This document shows positions 27,736 to 32,000 of a stretch of 32,000 nucleotides of DNA, piece by piece. Each line of letters begins with the position of its first letter. Position 1 is the first letter of the stretch. Made by a program: the position numbers and the translations under genes. Source of the stretch: Candidatus Arthromitus sp. SFB-rat-Yit (GTDB lineage Bacteria; Bacillota; Clostridia; Clostridiales; Clostridiaceae); the NCBI RefSeq assembly GCF_000283555.1, contig NC_016012.1:1200001-1232000 (forward strand), in the 5' to 3' direction. Below the pieces are notes generated by a model, which saw only the letters and a list, made by a program, of their open reading frames with translations, did not search any database and was not told the origin of the DNA.

Positions 27736-27765
27736 ATATTACTACATTTTTTATACTAAAGTCAA
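27736..27765 (-). promoter_or_regulatory. Candidate distal sigma-A promoter for P2 (would give a ~530-nt leader)
   Basis: Minus strand: TTGACT (27760-27765), 18-nt spacer, TAATAT (27736-27741). A second candidate is TTGACA (27576-27581), 18 nt, TATTTT (27552-27557). Sequence matches only. Confidence 0.35.
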
Positions 27766-27942
27766 CCTATTTTATAATTATTTTCCTAAAATATATACTT
27801 GTTTCCCTATATTTTATAGTAAAATATTTCATATTTCATAAACTATAATTGCTCATAATACCCGAAACCTTAAGTTAATTTAACTAAAATTTTATTTATA
27901 AAATCTAAAAATGTTATACCATACTAATTTTAAATAAAACAA

Positions 27943-27971
27943 ATAGTCATTTGAAAATTTCAAATGACTAT
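27943..27971 (-). terminator. Rho-independent terminator of the GT2 gene
   Basis: ATAGTCATTTGAAA (27943-27956) is the reverse complement of TTTCAAATGACTAT (27958-27971). The minus strand continues with T-rich TTGTTTTATTT. It overlaps the TAG stop. Confidence 0.7.
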
Positions 27972-28951
27972 ACAAACAAAAACAAATTATAAAGATGTCT
28001 ATACCCAAAATCCATAAGCTTACTTTCTATTATTTTAATAAAACCAATCCCACTAAATATTGCAGTTCTACTACTCTCATATTTGAATACATCCTCACCC
28101 ATAAAACAATTAAAACCATACTCATCTATAAATCTACATTTAACATCTGGATAATATCTCTGCATTATATCATTAATAATCATTATAATATCTTTTTCAT
28201 ACACAATAACTATGTTCTCAAAATTTCTTAAAACATTATCAAACAAATAAATCAACTTAAGCTCAAAATTTCTATACATCATTTCTAATTTATTCTCAGG
28301 ATTAAGCGATGTATTTGTTTTATGAACTCTATAATTATAAACCACATCAGGTAAATTTCCTATCTTAAACCCTGCATTATGAAATTCAAGATAAATAAGC
28401 TTATCCTCAATAATCGAAAACTCCTTCTTAAATGGCATAAGTTTTATAAATAAATCACGTCTACCGAATAACCCTCCCCCGTTTATACAAGACCCAGAAT
28501 ATATCCTTAAAAATTGAATATCTTCATTTAGAATTTCATAATTAAGAGTTTCCATCATTTTCATATAAAGCTTGCTACCATTACCAAAACTCTTTAAATA
28601 ACATCCTATAAGATCATAATTACCCTCTTTTAAATACTTAAGTTGCTTCTCATACCTATAAATCTCATTAATATCATCTCCATCACACCTTGCAATATAT
28701 TTTCCACGAGAAAGCAAAACTCCAACCTTCATAGCCTCACATATTCCACCATTTCTTTTTGTTATAACCCTAATTCTTTCATCCTTTTTTTCATACTCTC
28801 TTAAAATATTGTAACTCCTATCTGTAGAACCATCATCAACCAAAATTATATCTAAATTAGTATGAGTTTGATTAACAATACTATCAAGTGTATCCCTTAA
28901 ATAAATTTCATTATTATATACTGGTACAATAACACTTATTAAATCCTCCAT
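27968..28951 (-). CDS. Family 2 glycosyltransferase (GT-A fold)
   Basis: 327 aa. ISVIVPVYNNEIYLRDTLDSIVNQTHTNLDIILVDDGSTD plus a DGDD (DXD) motif. Confidence 0.88.
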   Translation of the reverse strand: MEDLISVIVPVYNNEIYLRDTLDSIVNQTHTNLDIILVDDGSTDRSYNILREYEKKDERIRVITKRNGGICEAMKVGVLLSRGKYIARCDGDDINEIYRYEKQLKYLKEGNYDLIGCYLKSFGNGSKLYMKMMETLNYEILNEDIQFLRIYSGSCINGGGLFGRRDLFIKLMPFKKEFSIIEDKLIYLEFHNAGFKIGNLPDVVYNYRVHKTNTSLNPENKLEMMYRNFELKLIYLFDNVLRNFENIVIVYEKDIIMIINDIMQRYYPDVKCRFIDEYGFNCFMGEDVFKYESSRTAIFSGIGFIKIIESKLMDFGYRHLYNLFLFV

Positions 28952-28978
28952 AGCACAATGTCCCCTTTTACATAAATT

Positions 28979-29015
28979 AAAAAATAGCTAGAATTTTTTA
29001 AAAAAATCCTAGCTA
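28979..29015 (-). terminator. Hairpin plus T-run between the 298-aa gene and the GT2 gene (terminator or attenuator)
   Basis: TAGCTAGAATTTTTT (28985-28999) pairs with AAAAAATCCTAGCTA (29001-29015) with one mismatch. TTTTTT follows on the minus strand. It ends about 25 nt before the GT2 RBS. Confidence 0.55.
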
Positions 29016-29120
29016 AATCTATATAAAATCGAATTCAAATTTGATATTAATAATTTACGTAAACCATATAAATTCATTTAATTATAATTCGTGATATATC
29101 ACAAGTCCTAATAAATTAAA

Positions 29121-30017
29121 CTATAAGCTGTTAAACTCATCAATATATTTTTCAAGTGCATCTTTATCTTCCCTTTTAAGTGCATACTCACATAAAATCA
29201 TTAATGTATTCTTACCTATAAAACTATATAAATCTTTATTTAAATTAAAATAATTTTTATATTTGTTACTTATATTAAGTGCATATTTTTCTATAACTTC
29301 ATCCAATTCTTTATTCTTAATTTTAGAATCAAGTATATAATACTCCCAAATTGGATTATCATCAAGTATACTTAATCTATCTAATATAAATCCATCAATC
29401 TCATTACATTCAATTAATTTTAAATAATCTCTTATCTTTATAATATTTATCTTAGTATTTACAAAATTCTTATATTCATAATTACTTACTCTATCTTCTA
29501 ATACGACCTCTTTATTAACTAAATCATTAATAACAAAATTTATATTACATGGCACTATCTCTTTTAATATGAAATATAGTTCATTTAATTCTGAATAATC
29601 TTCTAAAAAAAATTCATCAGCATTTAATCTTATAGCTATTTTATTAGAACAATCATAATTATGCTTAATTGGATATGAGTTAGAACAAATTTTATATAAA
29701 TTTTTATCCAAAACCTCATCTTTTAAATTAATCTCTATTCCATAATTTCTATAATATAAAAGATTCTCTACAAAATAATCAAAATCCTCATATATGTTAT
29801 AGTATTCAATCAATTCCTCATAATCATCGCCAAAAAAATAATCTTTCAAACCATCTGATACTGAATCTATAAGCTTTAACACCTTAATCCTTTTTTGTAC
29901 TTTTAAAATTAAATTACTATTTATCCTCTCTTTCCCTAAAAGTTCATCCATTATATAATAGAAAAAATTAATATTCCCTATTAAAAATTTAGAGTAGGCA
30001 TGTATAAAATCTCCCAA
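29121..30017 (-). CDS. Hypothetical cytoplasmic acidic protein, no recognisable family
   Basis: 298 aa. The TTG start follows AAGGAGAAT (two tandem AAGGAGAAT copies). No TM segment or signal peptide. Rich in Tyr/Glu/Asp/Asn/Ile. Confidence 0.6.
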   Translation of the reverse strand: MGDFIHAYSKFLIGNINFFYYIMDELLGKERINSNLILKVQKRIKVLKLIDSVSDGLKDYFFGDDYEELIEYYNIYEDFDYFVENLLYYRNYGIEINLKDEVLDKNLYKICSNSYPIKHNYDCSNKIAIRLNADEFFLEDYSELNELYFILKEIVPCNINFVINDLVNKEVVLEDRVSNYEYKNFVNTKINIIKIRDYLKLIECNEIDGFILDRLSILDDNPIWEYYILDSKIKNKELDEVIEKYALNISNKYKNYFNLNKDLYSFIGKNTLMILCEYALKREDKDALEKYIDEFNSL

Positions 30018-30082
30018 TTTATTCTCCTTAAAAATTAATTCTCCTTATATTAATAGGTATTAACCAATTAAAATATACCCAT

Positions 30083-30112
30083 AATAAAAGGCATGTACCT
30101 ATGGCACACACC
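30083..30112 (-). terminator. Possible terminator after P3
   Basis: Minus strand: GGTGTGTG-ccatagg-TACATGCC (8 bp including G-U pairs) followed by TTTTATTAT. Confidence 0.4.
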
Positions 30113-30120
30113 TTTATTAA

Positions 30121-32000
30121 TTACTCTACTCTTAATCCAAGACTATATAAGAAGTTTCTAGTTTCTGACTCACCAAGCATTCTTTCAGATATAGCCTGCA
30201 TAGCCGCAGTTCTATCTCCAACTTGTGCAATTGTTTCTTCTAAAGTCTTAACCCACCAAGCAAGTCCTTCAGAATCTGATGTTCTTCCTGTAACAGATCT
30301 ATACATACGCTCTACGTACTTAGTATTATCTAAGTTTTTCTCTTTATATTCTTGTTCGTTAACTATATTAGACGTGAAATAATTAACTGAAAACTCTTGT
30401 GAAGAAAGTTTTGATGTCCAATATGCCATTCCATCTGGATCACCATCTCTTAAGAAGAATATATTATAGAAACCTTCAATCCACTCTTTTGCATTTGTAA
30501 TTTTCTTAGTTGTAAATGGCTCTATATCCATAGCTAACTCTTGTCCATCTTTAAGCACAACTACTAATTCAAGTCCTTCAGTTAAATTGTTTGGAATTAT
30601 TCCATATAACTTAACTAAATTCTCTTTAGTATCATAGAATGAACTTGCAATTGAATCTCCAACAATTGAAACATCTTTTATAATTCCATTTGGATCATTA
30701 AATAATATTTCAAATTCCGCTTTAGTTGGAGTAACATTCTTAAGTTCAAATGATTTTAATAAATCTCCTTCTTCTCCAGCTGAAGTACCATTTCCAAGTG
30801 TTCTTATCGTCATAGGATTTACAGAAATAACATCATAATTTGTAAACCTTCTGTTTATATCACCATCTCCAGAGTTAAACGTAACAATTAATTCCGTAAA
30901 CTTATAATCTGTTCCAGACTTTAACCCTGTTATCAATAAATCTTTATACTCAGAGGCATTTTTTTGAGGATCCTTTAAAGTATTATCAAGTTTAGCATAA
31001 GACTGCATAGATCCAATTTTAGTATCCTCTTTTAAAATCTTACCATCATAAAGATTTCCTTCCGAATCCTTTACTTGTATTCTCTTTATTGTATCCTCAG
31101 GATCATATAAAGCATCATAAAGTACTACTCCATCCTCCAAAGGTCTAACGTTAGCATGATTATATCCTTGTGCTTTATCTTCTTCTGAAAATGGACCAAT
31201 ATAACGGATTATATTATCATCAGTTGATACAATCTCACCTTTATCATCTACATCAACATTAACAAAATAAGAAACTGTAGGTTTAATTGCTAAAGGATCT
31301 AATGGATTTGTATTATCAATATTTATATTCTCTGTTAATAGAGGATCTAAATAAGGAATTATTCCTTTTTTACCTTCTATAGCAGTTTGAGTTGATGTTT
31401 TTTGAACTACACTCTTGTCCACAAGTGTTGGAAAAATCAAAGAACCACCAAAAGATATATTAGTTATCTCAGATCCTGTTGGTAATCCATAAATCTTAAA
31501 ATAAATATTCCCTTCTTTGTCTACAATTTTAGGAGCATTATAAACATTTGTATACTGATTTATCTTACCTGTTGTGGTATCCATAACTAAATCCTCAATT
31601 GATATCTTTTTAGTTTCAGTTTTAGCACCACTTGTATATGTCACATTAAGTGTAAAATCTTTATTCACCAAATTGCCTGACTCATCTTTCATACCAAGTG
31701 AATTTTGTATAATTGTCGCAAGAGTTTCTTGTTGAACTAATTCAATCTGAGAACCCTTTCCACTTGATAAAATATTTAAATTCTTAGTATATTCATTAAC
31801 AGCTGCATCTATATTAGACTTCAAAGCAGCTTCAACATTACCCGAAAACTTAACCTTGATATAAGCATATCCACCTGTTGATTTATCCCTTAAGTACGAT
31901 TTTTGATAACCTTGCATATCTTCTCTTGCTACAACTGAAGTATTTCGAATTACCCCACCTTCAACTCCAGTTATTGTTAAAAACTGCTCTTCTGCATTTA
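30121..32000 (-). CDS. Large secreted surface protein, paralog 3 (P3), 3' portion; the frame is open to the window edge
   Basis: The track starts at Met 31917, but the 27 codons upstream (NAEEQFLTITGVEGGVIRNTSVVARED) contain no stop, so the gene continues beyond 32000. FN3-like unit ITGLKSGTDYKFTELIV. The C-terminal cassette is shared with P1 and P2. No Cys in the visible part. Confidence 0.85.
   Translation of the reverse strand, partial: NAEEQFLTITGVEGGVIRNTSVVAREDMQGYQKSYLRDKSTGGYAYIKVKFSGNVEAALKSNIDAAVNEYTKNLNILSSGKGSQIELVQQETLATIIQNSLGMKDESGNLVNKDFTLNVTYTSGAKTETKKISIEDLVMDTTTGKINQYTNVYNAPKIVDKEGNIYFKIYGLPTGSEITNISFGGSLIFPTLVDKSVVQKTSTQTAIEGKKGIIPYLDPLLTENINIDNTNPLDPLAIKPTVSYFVNVDVDDKGEIVSTDDNIIRYIGPFSEEDKAQGYNHANVRPLEDGVVLYDALYDPEDTIKRIQVKDSEGNLYDGKILKEDTKIGSMQSYAKLDNTLKDPQKNASEYKDLLITGLKSGTDYKFTELIVTFNSGDGDINRRFTNYDVISVNPMTIRTLGNGTSAGEEGDLLKSFELKNVTPTKAEFEILFNDPNGIIKDVSIVGDSIASSFYDTKENLVKLYGIIPNNLTEGLELVVVLKDGQELAMDIEPFTTKKITNAKEWIEGFYNIFFLRDGDPDGMAYWTSKLSSQEFSVNYFTSNIVNEQEYKEKNLDNTKYVERMYRSVTGRTSDSEGLAWWVKTLEETIAQVGDRTAAMQAISERMLGESETRNFLYSLGLRVE
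30124..30492 (-). other. C-terminal tandem DUF4214-like repeats of P3
   Basis: EWIEGFYNIFFLRDGDPDGMAYWTSKLSSQEFSVNYFTSNIVNEQEYKE, then YVERMYRSVTGRTSDSEGLAWWVKTLEE...MQAISERMLGESETRNFLYSLGLRVE. Confidence 0.65.

Noticed and set aside
27629-27841. 70-aa + strand ORF in the P2 upstream region
   Set aside because: It has a TTG start without an RBS and an extreme Tyr/Ile/Phe/Asn low-complexity product. It also points away from any operon context. It is most likely a chance ORF in AT-rich non-coding DNA.
28979-29015. Resemblance of TTCTAGCTA in the hairpin to the preQ1-I riboswitch loop
   Set aside because: The surrounding P1 stem and A-rich tail architecture of preQ1-I is absent. The motif is simply one arm of a terminator-like hairpin.
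29091-29102. Perfect 12-bp palindrome GTGATATATCAC between the 298-aa gene and the GT2 gene
   Set aside because: AT-cored palindromes of this length are expected many times by chance in 32 kb of AT-rich sequence. No second copy or adjacent regulator gene was seen.
24040-32000. Antigenic variation by recombination between conserved 3' ends of the surface-protein paralogs (C. fetus sap-like)
   Set aside because: The shared cassette is conserved only at the protein level. Reading the DNA of the three tails shows divergent codons with no long identical tracts. I also saw no invertible promoter repeats or recombinase gene.
1-32000. tRNA, rRNA, CRISPR arrays, transposases, integrases, prophage or toxin-antitoxin or other defence modules
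   Set aside because: No GC-rich cloverleaf or T-loop signatures were seen. There is no spaced direct-repeat array. No ORF carries recombinase, transposase or nuclease-NTPase defence-type motifs. The only nuclease is a small DEDDh exonuclease in a metabolic operon.

Overview
Very AT-rich chromosomal window from what looks like a Gram-positive anaerobe (Clostridia/Tissierellia-like; the taxon is a guess). Genes are densely packed, mostly preceded by GGAGG-type ribosome-binding sites and followed by clear rho-independent terminators. Recognisable housekeeping genes: a GH94 phosphorylase (5' part only, missing from the ORF track), MscS channel, trmB-argS, birA (no HTH), rocF-exonuclease-gdhA, pfkA, uppP and murT-gatD with a phosphodiester glycosidase. 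I found no tRNA, rRNA, CRISPR array, transposase or integrase. The main finding is a cell-envelope theme. Three large, cysteine-free secreted proteins (2736-5651 +, 24040-27201 -, 30121->32000 -) have unrelated N-terminal display regions. All three end in the same cassette: a small beta domain followed by two DUF4214-like repeats. None has an LPXTG, SLH, CWB2, LysM or choline-binding motif that I can recognise. The middle paralog has S-layer-like composition, a Ser/Thr/Gly linker and about 730 bp of non-coding sequence upstream. It is flanked by a GT2 glycosyltransferase plus an unknown gene on one side and converges on the murT-gatD-glycosidase operon on the other. I propose this as a candidate, so far uncharacterised, S-layer or non-covalent wall-anchoring system. 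A second accessory feature is a cluster of five small exported proteins of unknown function (9353-11963) containing at least one paralog pair. Several ORF-track starts appear over-extended and were re-set using RBS position and family N-termini. All homology calls come from reading the translations and were not database-verified.
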